IMG/VR virus record: IMGVR_UViG_3300006151_000005
Span: 41,516 to 105,515 of that record
From: a virus
Taxonomy: Duplodnaviria; Caudoviricetes
DNA length: 64,000 bases
Strand: one strand, 5' to 3'
The notes under the pieces are model-generated. The model worked only from the letters and a program-made list of their open reading frames with translations. It had not been told where the DNA came from and ran no database searches. Of the stretch, positions 10,892 through 21,756 are shown one piece after another. Within the stretch, counting starts at the first letter, position 1; each line of letters starts with the position of its first letter. A program made the position numbers and the translations under genes.

Positions 10892-11207
10892 CGAATATCA
10901 GGAAGCCGCCCTTAAAACGGCGATTTATCCCAACGACGGCAAGGTTAACTATCTTGCGCTTGCCATCTGTGGCGAAGCCGGAGAATTAGCCGATAAGGTC
11001 AAGAAAATCTTGCGCGACAAGGACGGCGAATACAAGGAAGCCGACAAACACGCCCTCGCGCTGGAGCTTGGCGATATTATGTGGTATGCCGCGAACCTGT
11101 CAAGTGTTCTCGGTTATAGTCTTTCTGAAATTGCGGAACTTAATATAGCAAAAATCGCCGGCAGAGTGGAACGTGGTACGATTCACGGAGTCGGCGACAA
11201 TAGATAA
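10881..11207 (+). CDS. MazG-like NTP pyrophosphohydrolase
   Basis: GEAGELADKVKK, LELGDIMWY, GVGDNR. Confidence 0.85.
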   Translation: MNLNEYQEAALKTAIYPNDGKVNYLALAICGEAGELADKVKKILRDKDGEYKEADKHALALELGDIMWYAANLSSVLGYSLSEIAELNIAKIAGRVERGTIHGVGDNR

Positions 11208-11212
11208 TCATC

Positions 11213-11716
11213 ATGGCTGCTGACACGACCTTATCAATAACGCAGATAGAGCTTGGACTCGCGCAATATTTCAATTTTCGGAACAATGTAATCGTGCCTA
11301 ACGTATCATGGGGCTTACTTAACCATGAAGCCGACCTGTTGATACTGAACAAAAGCGGTTATCTTACCGAAATTGAAATCAAACGAAGTTGGGCAGACTT
11401 TCTCGCAGACTTTCGGAAACGGCATACGCACGAAGACACAAAGGTATCGTGGCATTACTACGCAGTGCCGGAGTCAATCGTTGATAAATGCCGTGAAAAA
11501 CTTGCAGAAGTTGACCCCGGACACAGATGGGGTCTTATCAGCTATGCCGCGTCATGGGATGGCGAGTGCTGGCCTAAAATAGAATCGCAACCGTCAAACA
11601 TACACTATCATTGCAGTGAACGGAAATTGTATTTAGAGGAGCAATTTCAGCTTGCAAGACTTGGTGCAATGCGCACGTGGTCACTTAAAGAAAAAATCAT
11701 CAAAAATGGAAAATAA
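11213..11716 (+). CDS. PD-(D/E)xK nuclease-like (MmcB-type) protein
   Basis: EADLLIL...EIEIKRSWADFLAD. Confidence 0.6.
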   Translation: MAADTTLSITQIELGLAQYFNFRNNVIVPNVSWGLLNHEADLLILNKSGYLTEIEIKRSWADFLADFRKRHTHEDTKVSWHYYAVPESIVDKCREKLAEVDPGHRWGLISYAASWDGECWPKIESQPSNIHYHCSERKLYLEEQFQLARLGAMRTWSLKEKIIKNGK

Positions 11717-12350
11717 ACCCAATATCATTGTCAAGAAGCATACCGGCGTGGAGCTTGTTCAGCTTGCCGCCAGTTTTACATCCGGGCATGAAAGCAAGAT
11801 AACGCTTAAACGTGCCTATAAGACGGAACACTCCATAATCCGCACCCAGATATTCACTGTGGAATGTTATGGTATCCCCTTGTTCGTAAGCACCCATTTC
11901 ATCCGCCATCACGTAGGCTCGCAGCCCTATCAGCTTACATGTCGCATCGACCGACCCGGCGGCGGTAATCCACATCTCAAGGAGCGCATCGCCGAAGTCA
12001 ACGCCTTGCTTGCCGACGGAAAGATTGCGGAGGCTTGCGGTATTCTGGACTGGCTCGCTGATAATTCAGACCGCTACACAAAGGTCAATCTTCTGCTTTT
12101 CGCCAATGCACAAGGCTTGATAGACATGGCGAAATTACGCCTATGCACACAGGCATCGCCGGAAACACGTGAACTATTTCAGGCTATCAAGGCGAAGATT
12201 GCGGATGTTGACCCGGATTTAGCACCTTTCCTTGTCAGGAAGTGCGTTTACCGTGGCGGTATCTGCTGTGAACAGAAATGCTGCGGCTACAACAAGACAG
12301 AACTATTCAAAAAGGAACTGGAGCATTACAAGCTGCAATTCGTAAACTGA
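11706..12350 (+). CDS. thyX: FAD-dependent thymidylate synthase-like protein
   Basis: EHSIIR, IPLFVSTHFIRHH, RLC...ASPETR, C-terminal Cys cluster. Confidence 0.65.
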   Translation: MENKPNIIVKKHTGVELVQLAASFTSGHESKITLKRAYKTEHSIIRTQIFTVECYGIPLFVSTHFIRHHVGSQPYQLTCRIDRPGGGNPHLKERIAEVNALLADGKIAEACGILDWLADNSDRYTKVNLLLFANAQGLIDMAKLRLCTQASPETRELFQAIKAKIADVDPDLAPFLVRKCVYRGGICCEQKCCGYNKTELFKKELEHYKLQFVN

Positions 12351-12357
12351 TGCCGTT

Positions 12358-12801
12358 ATGGAAGAAGAGGGTTTACAATACATCGAATTTCAAGATGAAC
12401 TTTGTCGGCTACGCTACACAATCGCCAAATACAAGGAACACGACAAGAAGCGTAATCGGTACATGGCGCATCTTGAACGCCTGAACGATAGATATAGGCA
12501 AAAGGTTGAAAGCCTTGAAGCACTTACGGAACGTCAGCACGAAGAAATCGACGAGCTGATGGATGCCTATGATGGCGCAAAACCTCTTATCGCCGACCGG
12601 TCACATCGCGCCTATGTTTACGAACTGGTAAAACGCGCCAACGAAGCAAGAAAATTGAAGCGGAAATGCGACAACATCGAAGAAGAAAACAAAACGCTTC
12701 ACGACAAGAATAAGCGGCAGAAAGAACATATCCAGTCGCTGAAAGAAAAGATTGAAGCGTTGGAAAACGTAATCAAATCACTACACAATGGGAAACGATA
12801 A
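12358..12801 (+). CDS. coiled-coil hypothetical protein
   Basis: Heptad-rich, charged ORF. Confidence 0.5.
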   Translation: MEEEGLQYIEFQDELCRLRYTIAKYKEHDKKRNRYMAHLERLNDRYRQKVESLEALTERQHEEIDELMDAYDGAKPLIADRSHRAYVYELVKRANEARKLKRKCDNIEEENKTLHDKNKRQKEHIQSLKEKIEALENVIKSLHNGKR

Positions 12802-13144
12802 ACTTATAGATTTCAGTCAGGATGTCGAATTTGCAGACTGCATCGTCAATGAAGACGTCAGCCGGTATAAGGCAATCGTGGAAAACATGACGCAGAAATT
12901 CATCGCCAAGAACCACGACTACGGCAATTCATTCTCTGAGTCGGTACAGGAATTTGGTGCGACCTCCGGCCCGGTTATCGGCTTCGCGCCCATCATGCAC
13001 AAATTCAACCGCCTCAAGAACCTTATCAAAGGCGAGCAGGCTCTCGTTGCGGACGAAACAGCGGAAGATACGTTGCTGGATATGGCCAACTACTGTATCA
13101 TGTTTAAGATGGAACTTGATAAACTCAAAACGTCATGCAGTTAA
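12788..13144 (+). CDS. DUF1599 / nucleotide-modification-associated domain protein
   Basis: KNHDYGNSF, DTLLDMANY. Confidence 0.75.
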   Translation: MGNDKLIDFSQDVEFADCIVNEDVSRYKAIVENMTQKFIAKNHDYGNSFSESVQEFGATSGPVIGFAPIMHKFNRLKNLIKGEQALVADETAEDTLLDMANYCIMFKMELDKLKTSCS

Positions 13145-13747
13145 AAGGATTCAAGGTGTGGCTATGTGCCATAGTCTTCGCCATTATTCAGATGATAGCA
13201 GACGTTATCAAAGCCATCTATCAGGAAAATTATGTTATTATGATTCTTGAGGGCGCAACGCTTGTATGGATGTGTTGGCTTGGCAAGTGGGCATATCGTC
13301 AAAACAAAAGGAAGAAAGCCAATGGATGAACTCAGATACATAAAGCCAATTCAGCTATTCGCGGAAGCCGAAGAAAAGCGACTACGCGACATTATGGTTG
13401 ACATCCGGGAGTATGACTCACCACAAATGGTACGCGCCCGCTTCGATATGCGGAAAAGCGAATTGAAGTTAACACCCAGAATACCTCGGTTGGCATCCGA
13501 CGGCGCGGAAGAAGAATACATGAAGATTCTCAAGGAGGGCGGGCTATCCGGCTGCGAATTTGCGATTAACAACGGCATTGAGTCCATTATGACAACCTTT
13601 GTTAAGGAACTTATCAGGCAAGGATTAGTTGTTTGCGAAATCAAGGATGCAATGTATGACCCCAAAAGAATCTGCATAGAATTGTCGGCGGTTGTAGGTG
13701 TGCCGAAGAAAGCGCGTAAGCGATTTGACATAGATGTGACGGAATAA
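13135..13747 (+). other. small two-TM protein (13135-13329) and hypothetical CDS (13322-13747)
   Basis: Coupled ORFs. Confidence 0.5.
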
Positions 13748-13748
13748 G

Positions 13749-13784
13749 TTAAGGGCGAATGGTTTTGATACCGACCGCCCTTAA
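13749..13784. terminator. probable bidirectional terminator between convergent operons
   Basis: TTAAGGGCG...CGCCCTTAA inverted repeat. Confidence 0.55.
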
Positions 13785-13802
13785 TTCTGCGTCTATGTGG
13801 GA

Positions 13803-14237
13803 TTATAGGGTGCGCTTGCTTGGGTCTGGCTCTTCAAACTTGAGCATCATGTGGCAGAAAGTGCGTTGTGGATTTATGGAATAAACCGACCCTTTGCCAC
13901 GATAAATCAGATGGTACACGTCATCACTTTCTTGTGGGACTTGTAGCGTAATCTTGCCTTTATACATCAAGGCAAGAAAGGCGTTTTTCTTTGTGCGGAA
14001 ATCAGCCGGGGTCTTGCCGGTGATAGTAAAGTCAAGTATGACATCACGCGATGCGTATTTAGGCGCATCTTCCACGACAACGCGCTTGCCGTGTTCCAGT
14101 CTTGACTCGTTTTCGATGTTTTCTTTCAGCGACAGTGGCTCGGTTAATGCGTCCAGAAAGCCCTCGCCCATGCGCACACCGTAGTCTTGATATACGGTGC
14201 TGCTTCCGTTTATTCTTAATTCGGGTAGTGTTGCCAT
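13803..14237 (-). CDS. distal tail-like protein
   Basis: Directly after tape measure; YGVRMG, ENESRLEHGKRV, LKFEEPDP pattern. Confidence 0.6.
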   Translation of the reverse strand: MATLPELRINGSSTVYQDYGVRMGEGFLDALTEPLSLKENIENESRLEHGKRVVVEDAPKYASRDVILDFTITGKTPADFRTKKNAFLALMYKGKITLQVPQESDDVYHLIYRGKGSVYSINPQRTFCHMMLKFEEPDPSKRTL

Positions 14238-14238
14238 A

Positions 14239-17200
14239 TTAGATATTTTTCGTGTTCTTTTTGATTTCCGCTATATCAGCCTGCATGGTCTGTATCGGCT
14301 TCACAATCGCGCCAGTATTCTCGCTGATGGTTTGCAATTCGATGTAAATCTTTGCAAGCTGACGCTCGATGTTGTCCTGATGAACATTGAAGCGGCTATA
14401 TTCCATCGCTATCTGGAGCAATTCGTCAGTCATGTCGGCAAGCGATAATGTGTGCTGATTCTCGTTTGCACGGATAGATTCAACGGCTATCTGCAACGCC
14501 GTAAGTCTGCCCTCAATCGCATTGCCGGTGTCCTGTGACATTCCTTCAAGTGTTCGGCTTGATGACTGCTGCTCGGATGAGCCATCCCAGCCCATAGCCT
14601 TTTTAAGATTGTTGCGGTCATTGACGGCATCGCCTACAATGTTATCCCAGTCGCGCTTCAAGCGTTCCTGCTCTGCGGCGGTAAGACCATCTTGGTCATC
14701 CATAGCGGCGACAAAGTCTTCATACCACTGCTTGAGCTTTTCGTTGTACTTGGAGTTCATTAGGCTGTTAATAACGGCCTGTTGCATCATCTTTTCAAAG
14801 TTGTTGGCGAAGTCCTCGCTATCGGATTCCATGTCAAGAAGCATCGACTTAAACTCGTCCTTGACGCTATCAAACGACACGTCAGTCAGCGACTCACGGA
14901 ATGCGTTCTCAAGCTCTTCAAGTTCTTTGTAGTATTCGATGTATTCATCCATGAACTGCGCGGCATCCTTGTGGCCGTCATCGGCAAGACCTTTAATTTT
15001 GGCGTAAAGGTCAGGTGCGCTCTGTGCAACCTTTGCCATCTGCTCGGAAGTAAGATTCCAAAAGTCACCGGCACTGCGCACCGACTTGCCTACGATAGCA
15101 GAAATACGCGACCAATCATCGCCGCTCATGCCCTTATTTATCTTATGGTTTGAAGACTTGTATCCTCCAACACCCAAGAAGCCATTAGAATACGCCGCGC
15201 CGGAACGTGACATCATTTCCTGAGTATTCTTCATCGCCTTTTCTATATCGCCTTTCTGCTGCTGATATAGTGCGCCCATATCGGCAGTGGCGGCATCCCG
15301 CATTTCATCGGCAAGATTATACACGGCCTTGCGAAGTGCCTCGTTAGTAGCGGTCAAACGTTCAATGTCTTCCTCAAGATGCTTGTCGCTTTCGCCGTTA
15401 CCCCACCAATCAAACCAACCGCCAAGTGTGAAGATTGATTTGAAGATGCCGAGGATGCCTTTGTAAAGGCTTTCGCCAATCTGACGGAAAAGACCCTCCT
15501 TGAAGTTGAGTATGTTGCCGATAATGCCTGAAATAGCATTAAGGATTGAATCAAGAATCGCTGTAATAAGTGGCCCTAATCCATCTTTAAGAATATCAAG
15601 TATTTTAAGAATAGAAGCTATAAGTCCAGCTATAAGTCCAGCCTTTCCAAGACCTTTAGCCATGCTACCAACTGCTTGCGAGGCTTCGCCCACTGCATCC
15701 CCTGCTTCACTAACTACACCTGTGATTTCACTTGATAATTTATCGGCAGCGCCGGATGCCGAATCGCTAAAATCTTCAAAGGAAAGTTCAAGTTTTGTCA
15801 TTGCATCCTTAATTAACTGCGGTGAGTCTTCAAGTGCGGATGCAAATGCTTCTGCGCCCTCTGCTGCGGCATCTTTAAGGTCGGTAATCGCTTTGGATGC
15901 TTCCTCAAAAGCCGATAAACCTTTCAGACCATCGATAGCACCCTTTAAGGAGTCAAATGCGTCCCAAAGGTCTGCCAACTGCGAAAAGCCGGAATTGCTC
16001 AAGAATGTATAAATTTTGCTGACCGGCTTGATGACGTTCTTTGCAGTTTGCGACAACATCATGCCGGAGCTTTTTACTGTATTCTGCGCCTGCTGTAATG
16101 CGAGGTTGGAATTTGCCACGGTTGCACCATAGTTGTTGACCGCGATAGTCGCATTTTCATAAGCCTCTTGCGCAACCCTCAACTGTTCCGGTGATGTTTC
16201 TGGATTATTGCGCACTCTTTCAAGATTCCTCTGGGCTTCCGATTGGACTTGTGTAAGGCGACTTAATTCGGCAGTAACTCGTGTATCGTTTTCGGTAGCG
16301 ATGCGTAATTCATCAAGGGCTTTCTGATAAGCCATCAATGATGAAGACAAATCTTGCCACGATTGATTAGAGCCAAGCTGCTGACGCATACTTTCCATGG
16401 CCTCTATAACGGTTTGCTGATTCTCTGCACCGGATTGACGGAACGACTCGGTTTTTACATATTTCTGCAACTGCTCATAAAGCGGTTCAAGCTGACCGCG
16501 CATAATAACGCCAACGTTATCAAAGACAGTGTACCAGTCAATCTGATTCATTACCGCATTTGATTCAAACTGCTCTTCCTCGGCACGTTGCTGCCGTTGC
16601 AAGGCAAGACGCTCGCCCTCGCTTTGGGCGTTTCTTATTTTTTCTGCATATTCTTCTGCGATAGCAAGTTTTTTCTGCTGAAAAGACCCAAATTCTTTCA
16701 GATAGTCACGCATAGCAGCAAAGTCTTCCTTAAACCTTGCTTCAAGGTCAGTTGATCCATTGACATCAATCAACTGGCTCTGTGTGTCAAAGCCTATGTT
16801 GTCTTTAGCCTGTGTAAGCCAATCCTCGCGCATCTTCTTCAACTGTTCGTCGGAGAATTGTGCATAATACTGATATTCCTTGCGACCTTTGCCACCCTTG
16901 AGCCATTCCTGCAAGGCGTTCTTTTCAAGTGTCTGCGCCTCCCTTTCGGCTTCTTTCAAAAGAGCCTGACGCTTCTTTTCGGCAGTAAATTTGATAGTGG
17001 CTATTTCCTTTTCGGAATTATCCTCCAACTGTGCGATTTCAAGCTCACGCTGATTGTTTCTTTCTTCCTGTAAAAGTTCAGCGGTTCGACGCTCCTCTTC
17101 CAACTGCATCTTACGAAGCTCGTATGCCCTTTGCTTAGGGTCATCCTTACTGCCGCCTTTCTTATTTCCTTTCTTGGATTTATCGCGCTTATCAAGTGCT

Positions 17201-20200
17201 TTAAGCTGCTGCTCGTAGTATTTATACAATGCGCTTGACTGGTCAACCTTTTGCATCTGCGAGTTGATAGACTTGCGGATTTCAGAAAATTCCTCGGTTG
17301 TTTTGGCGTTCTGAATCTGGCTTTCAAGGGCGGTCTTGATAGACTGCATAGCCTGACTCTGATTGCCTTTATTTCGGTTGTATTCGCCCACCATTAAGTC
17401 GTTTTTTAACTGACGATACAATCGCTTATCAACATCAGACATTGCACCCTCGCCCAACTGCGTACCATAACGGTCAATAAACTGCTGCAATAGTGCCGAC
17501 TGCTCGGAATTAAGATGGTAGTTCTTGCCGCCCATCTTGAAATTGCTTCGTAGACGGGCGTTCCGTACAATCGCGTTATAGGCATCCAAATCGGCTTTTG
17601 CCATCTTTGTGCCGGGAGTGATTTTGCCGTTCTTTCCATACTTGGCAAGAAGATTCTGCAAGGTCTGACGTTCTGCGCCGGTCGTATTCAAGACCTGACC
17701 GCCCACATCACGGAGCGTAATCTTGATTTTGTCAAGTGTATTTAGTGCAATATCAAGATATTTGGTGTCAATGTAAGGCGTGGCTACGGCGTTGTCAACG
17801 TCTTTCATCTTGTCTTCCGCTTGCGCTGCCTTAACCGACGTTTCATCCAGCGCAGTGTTGTCGGTTGTCGGCGTAGCTGACGATTCATCGACATCGCCAA
17901 TCTTGCCTTCCGTTTGTTCGGCGGCTTCAAAAAGTTCATGTATGTTGATAGGGTCTGCCAAAGGTTTGACCGGTTTTGCATTGATTTCATCAACCTCTTT
18001 CGATACCTTTGTCAGCTCCTCGGTCAATTTCTTGGAATCAAAGGTGGAATAATCAATTTCCGGCTGTGCCGCAGCCGCACGTTCAGCGGCATCCGCAGCG
18101 GCATTTGCTTGGGCTTGCGTCTTCTCGGTCAGTTTATCAAGCGTATTGGTTTTGTTAATAAGCTCGGAAACAAGTTTGGATGTATCCTTGATGTCAAGAA
18201 CATACTGCTCGGCAAATCCCATCTGTTTCGCCAGTGCCTTTGCATCCATGTTTGCGGTTTGGGCAATTTCCGTCTGCAAGCGGGCAATTTCTTGACGTGC
18301 CTTTACAGCGGCTGCGTTTTCAATCTTTTGACCATTCTCGGTATAGGTTACATTAGCGGCATATTCCTTTTCAGCATCCTCAAGGAGTTTGACCATTTCA
18401 GTAAGTTCAGCCTTTTTGTTTTCCACCGTACTTGCTATGGTGTCGGCCATAATCTTGGATACTTCGGCAGCTTCCCCGGATGAATCGTTTTCAATGATTT
18501 CTTTCATTTCATCCTTGAAAGATGTAGTGGCGGCATCCTTTTCTTCCTGAATAGTTGCAAGACGATTGGCGGTCTGTCGTGCTTCGCCCTCTGCCAGAAT
18601 CAGTTGGTTAAGCTGCGCACGGGCTTCATTTAACTGCTCAATCTTATCCTTTTCCTTGTCGATGTGGATACCGTATTCTTCCGCCATCTTGATAAGCTCC
18701 TCTACGGCATCCTTGTGTACCCGGCTATCCTTGTTCACGGAGTTCATTACGGCGTATAGCGTATCGATGTTGTTTTTCAGCTTCAACGTGGATTCGCCAA
18801 ATCTTTCAGACATAGCGGATGATTCCTCAGCTTCGTCCTTAAACGACATAAATAGACCGATGACGGTTGTCAGGGCGGTAATTATCATGCCGAAGGGATT
18901 GGTCATAAAAGCGACCTTGAGGCTATTCCATGCGTTCTTGCAGGCGTTGGTGGCCGCAGTCAGCGCATACTTTCCGATGGTCAATGCTTTATCCTTTGCC
19001 GTGGCAAGTGCGGTCACGATTGTGCCGCGACTGGTTGCGGCGGTATTTACGTTTGTGGCCGCAGTATTGGCGGTGGTTGCGGTTGTTTCTCCAATGACGG
19101 CGGCTGTGGCGGTCTGTTTCTGCACGGCTTGCTGTGCGGTAATCGCGCCATTCAGTTCCTTTTCTGCTGTGTTTATACCCTCGGCTGCTGACTGCTGGGC
19201 GGTTATAGCGGAAGCCTGCTCCTCTACTGCCGCCATGTATTCTTCGGCGGCGGCTTTCTTATCGTCGGCATCGCCGGCGGCTTCTGCCATCTCCATCAGT
19301 TCTTTTGCAGACTCAACGCGCCTTTCCGCAGCTTCTACAAGTTGGTCGCTTGCGGCTTTCTGCATGTTCGCGCTTTCAAGTGCCGCCTGCTTTGTATCAA
19401 CGAGTGCCTGTGCATAGTCGCGCTCATTCTGCAAGCGTTCAGCGGTATCATTCGTGATTATTCCGTTGGCATTGGAGTCGTTGATGTCGGCATCAAGGCC
19501 ACGCCCGGCTTCTTCGCGCTGGGTCTGCATGTCCTTGAGGTGCGTTTCATAGGTCTTCTGCGCCTCTTCTGCGATACGGCGTTCATTCTCGGCGATGCGC
19601 TGCTGTTCCTGCTGCCATAAACGCCCCTGCTGGATTGAGTCGGCATACGTCTGGTCGATAGACCCTTCCTCAAGAGCCTTGCGTATGTCATCGTCGTAAC
19701 CCTCCATCATCTTGGCGTTCTGCATTTCCTGTATCTTGGCAAGTTCGGCATTGAAGCCATCCACGATGCCCTTTGAAGCGTCGATAACGGATTGCTTGGC
19801 TGCGAAATTGGAAAGCATCACGGAGGTCTTGTAAACACCGAAAGCCGCCGCAGCGGTGGCGAGTACCGGAATGATTCTGCCGATATTGTCAACAATAGTG
19901 GAAGCCGCGTCAATAACGCCCACAAGCGCACCCTCCATATTCTGACCCATGTCATTAAACATCAAGTCCATCGAGTCATTCAGCTTGGCGATTGCACCCG
20001 GTATGGTCTTCGATGCCGTTTCCGACATCTTGTAGTATTTGCCTCCCTCGCTTGTTGCGTCAAGAAAAGCCTGCTGAACCATCTCGGCTGAAATCTTGCC
20101 CTGCGACATTTCTCCCTTGAGCGCACCGATAGATTTGCCGGTCTTTTCGGATATGACCTGCAATGGCTGGAAGCCTGCGTTTACCATCTGCATCAAGTCC

Positions 20201-20835
20201 TGACCCATCAGCTTGCCCGCTGCCGACATCTGCGAAAACGCAAGCGAAAGCGACTGAAAGCGGCGGGTATCGCCCATAGCAATATCGCCGATAGCCTGCA
20301 AGTATCGCGGAACTTTGTCAGCGTCGATGCCGAAGCCGAGCATCATCTGTGCAGTGGAAACAGTAGGTGCAAATTCAAGCGGCGATATTTTGGCAAACTC
20401 CTGTAATTCGGCGTTCAGCTTCTCGCCCTTACGCTTGCCAATCATCGTTTCGATAGATGCGTTCATCTGCTGGAACTGACCGCGTATGCTTGTGATTTTG
20501 GTAAGGAACTCACCCAGACCATACACGCCGGCAAGACCGCCCACGGCCATCATCGGTCGCGTCAGTAAGTCCTGTATGCGGTTGACCTCGGTAAATATTC
20601 CACTGAGGTTTTTCTTGATGCCAAATTCCATTTCCGCACCACTGCGCATTGCGGCCTGTGCAAGCTGACGATAACGCGCCGTGCTTTCGGCGAGTTTCTT
20701 GTTCAGTGCATCAATCGACGCGCCGGCCTGCCCCGGCCTAAAATTCTGAATTTGGGTCTTGGTCTTTGCGATTTCCTGTTGTAAACGTATCAGTTCGGAG
20801 TAATCCGCATCTACGTCAAATGCTAAATATGGCAT
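14239..20835 (-). CDS. tail tape measure protein (~2198 aa)
   Basis: Tape-measure core (SAAGKLMGQDLMQMVNAGFQPL), long Ala-rich helical regions, hydrophobic stretches. Start moved to the ATG of MPYLAF, downstream of the predicted promoter. Confidence 0.9.
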   Translation of the reverse strand: MPYLAFDVDADYSELIRLQQEIAKTKTQIQNFRPGQAGASIDALNKKLAESTARYRQLAQAAMRSGAEMEFGIKKNLSGIFTEVNRIQDLLTRPMMAVGGLAGVYGLGEFLTKITSIRGQFQQMNASIETMIGKRKGEKLNAELQEFAKISPLEFAPTVSTAQMMLGFGIDADKVPRYLQAIGDIAMGDTRRFQSLSLAFSQMSAAGKLMGQDLMQMVNAGFQPLQVISEKTGKSIGALKGEMSQGKISAEMVQQAFLDATSEGGKYYKMSETASKTIPGAIAKLNDSMDLMFNDMGQNMEGALVGVIDAASTIVDNIGRIIPVLATAAAAFGVYKTSVMLSNFAAKQSVIDASKGIVDGFNAELAKIQEMQNAKMMEGYDDDIRKALEEGSIDQTYADSIQQGRLWQQEQQRIAENERRIAEEAQKTYETHLKDMQTQREEAGRGLDADINDSNANGIITNDTAERLQNERDYAQALVDTKQAALESANMQKAASDQLVEAAERRVESAKELMEMAEAAGDADDKKAAAEEYMAAVEEQASAITAQQSAAEGINTAEKELNGAITAQQAVQKQTATAAVIGETTATTANTAATNVNTAATSRGTIVTALATAKDKALTIGKYALTAATNACKNAWNSLKVAFMTNPFGMIITALTTVIGLFMSFKDEAEESSAMSERFGESTLKLKNNIDTLYAVMNSVNKDSRVHKDAVEELIKMAEEYGIHIDKEKDKIEQLNEARAQLNQLILAEGEARQTANRLATIQEEKDAATTSFKDEMKEIIENDSSGEAAEVSKIMADTIASTVENKKAELTEMVKLLEDAEKEYAANVTYTENGQKIENAAAVKARQEIARLQTEIAQTANMDAKALAKQMGFAEQYVLDIKDTSKLVSELINKTNTLDKLTEKTQAQANAAADAAERAAAAQPEIDYSTFDSKKLTEELTKVSKEVDEINAKPVKPLADPINIHELFEAAEQTEGKIGDVDESSATPTTDNTALDETSVKAAQAEDKMKDVDNAVATPYIDTKYLDIALNTLDKIKITLRDVGGQVLNTTGAERQTLQNLLAKYGKNGKITPGTKMAKADLDAYNAIVRNARLRSNFKMGGKNYHLNSEQSALLQQFIDRYGTQLGEGAMSDVDKRLYRQLKNDLMVGEYNRNKGNQSQAMQSIKTALESQIQNAKTTEEFSEIRKSINSQMQKVDQSSALYKYYEQQLKALDKRDKSKKGNKKGGSKDDPKQRAYELRKMQLEEERRTAELLQEERNNQRELEIAQLEDNSEKEIATIKFTAEKKRQALLKEAEREAQTLEKNALQEWLKGGKGRKEYQYYAQFSDEQLKKMREDWLTQAKDNIGFDTQSQLIDVNGSTDLEARFKEDFAAMRDYLKEFGSFQQKKLAIAEEYAEKIRNAQSEGERLALQRQQRAEEEQFESNAVMNQIDWYTVFDNVGVIMRGQLEPLYEQLQKYVKTESFRQSGAENQQTVIEAMESMRQQLGSNQSWQDLSSSLMAYQKALDELRIATENDTRVTAELSRLTQVQSEAQRNLERVRNNPETSPEQLRVAQEAYENATIAVNNYGATVANSNLALQQAQNTVKSSGMMLSQTAKNVIKPVSKIYTFLSNSGFSQLADLWDAFDSLKGAIDGLKGLSAFEEASKAITDLKDAAAEGAEAFASALEDSPQLIKDAMTKLELSFEDFSDSASGAADKLSSEITGVVSEAGDAVGEASQAVGSMAKGLGKAGLIAGLIASILKILDILKDGLGPLITAILDSILNAISGIIGNILNFKEGLFRQIGESLYKGILGIFKSIFTLGGWFDWWGNGESDKHLEEDIERLTATNEALRKAVYNLADEMRDAATADMGALYQQQKGDIEKAMKNTQEMMSRSGAAYSNGFLGVGGYKSSNHKINKGMSGDDWSRISAIVGKSVRSAGDFWNLTSEQMAKVAQSAPDLYAKIKGLADDGHKDAAQFMDEYIEYYKELEELENAFRESLTDVSFDSVKDEFKSMLLDMESDSEDFANNFEKMMQQAVINSLMNSKYNEKLKQWYEDFVAAMDDQDGLTAAEQERLKRDWDNIVGDAVNDRNNLKKAMGWDGSSEQQSSSRTLEGMSQDTGNAIEGRLTALQIAVESIRANENQHTLSLADMTDELLQIAMEYSRFNVHQDNIERQLAKIYIELQTISENTGAIVKPIQTMQADIAEIKKNTKNI

Positions 20836-20862
20836 GGCTGTTGAGTTGTTATTTTCAATCAG

Positions 20863-20938
20863 CCAATTTACCATGAAAGAGGGTGTTACACATTATTTTC
20901 CGCGCACGTATAACGTACTATCAGAAAAAAGTCGTAAC
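20863..20938 (-). promoter_or_regulatory. putative late promoter with TTACGAC box (tail operon)
   Basis: GTTACGAC-N33-AATAATGTG, same spacing as at 55109. Confidence 0.55.
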
Positions 20939-21010
20939 TTTGTGCTTTGAAAGGCTAAAGGGTGTGCGCAGAAAGGGAATGATAAACCAAATATCACCCC
21001 TACTGCCAAG

Positions 21011-21463
21011 ATGAACGAAAGTGCAAAAATCAACATTGGAAAGGTAGCAGCGTTGAAGAAGCTGCGAGAAAAAGTGAGCGAGCTTTCCGATGTAATGAAA
21101 GAATTGGGCGAGCCGATTCTTGATGACCTTGCTCTACTACCAGCAATCTACGAAGCATACAAACGTGTGTTCCAACGTCGCGGATGCCCGGATGAAGCCA
21201 CAAGCGTCCGCAACCGCAAGAAATTTCTCATGGTCGTGTTGTATCTCTATTCGCCGAAAGCACTCGCCGGCGACAGGATGCGCATGGGATTACGAAAAAA
21301 AGTGTCGGAATTGTTCGGCTTGACTACAAGCACCCCAATATCCGACAACTGCGCGGGTCTTATCGTGCAATATCACGCTTATGCGGATTTCAGACGCGAC
21401 GTTGACCTTATTTTCCAAGAGGTTCTGAATACTCTTGAAGATAAACTCATTGTTACTGACTAA
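21011..21463 (+). CDS. phage protein, candidate transcription regulator
   Basis: Divergent from tape measure; its TAACTTTG element overlaps the GTCGTAA box. Confidence 0.45.
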   Translation: MNESAKINIGKVAALKKLREKVSELSDVMKELGEPILDDLALLPAIYEAYKRVFQRRGCPDEATSVRNRKKFLMVVLYLYSPKALAGDRMRMGLRKKVSELFGLTTSTPISDNCAGLIVQYHAYADFRRDVDLIFQEVLNTLEDKLIVTD

Positions 21464-21756
21464 ATAGCGGAATACGCCGGCATCTTGATAGCATCTGCCG
21501 GATAGCCTACCATCGCTAACGCCTCGGAAAGATAAGCATCCATATTGGCGATAGCGGTGCGCCCCGACATACCCAGTCGCCAGAAGTACGACTGATATTC
21601 TTCCATGCTTTGATTAAGGTCAAGATGATACTTGTCAAAAAGTCCCTTAATGACGGCGCAATCCTCGTATCGTTCAGTGGATAAGGCGTATTGGAAAATG
21701 ACGGTCAAAATCTGATTGCCGTAATCCATCAGTGCCTTTTCAAACTTATTCTCCAT
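21460..21756 (-). CDS. hypothetical protein
   Basis: Coupled downstream of the HTH gene. Confidence 0.55.
   Translation of the reverse strand: MENKFEKALMDYGNQILTVIFQYALSTERYEDCAVIKGLFDKYHLDLNQSMEEYQSYFWRLGMSGRTAIANMDAYLSEALAMVGYPADAIKMPAYSAI

Noticed and set aside
14522-20668. Plus-strand ORFs within the tape measure, and other antisense ORFs in the track
   Set aside because: Shadow frames of real genes with no motifs or leaders.
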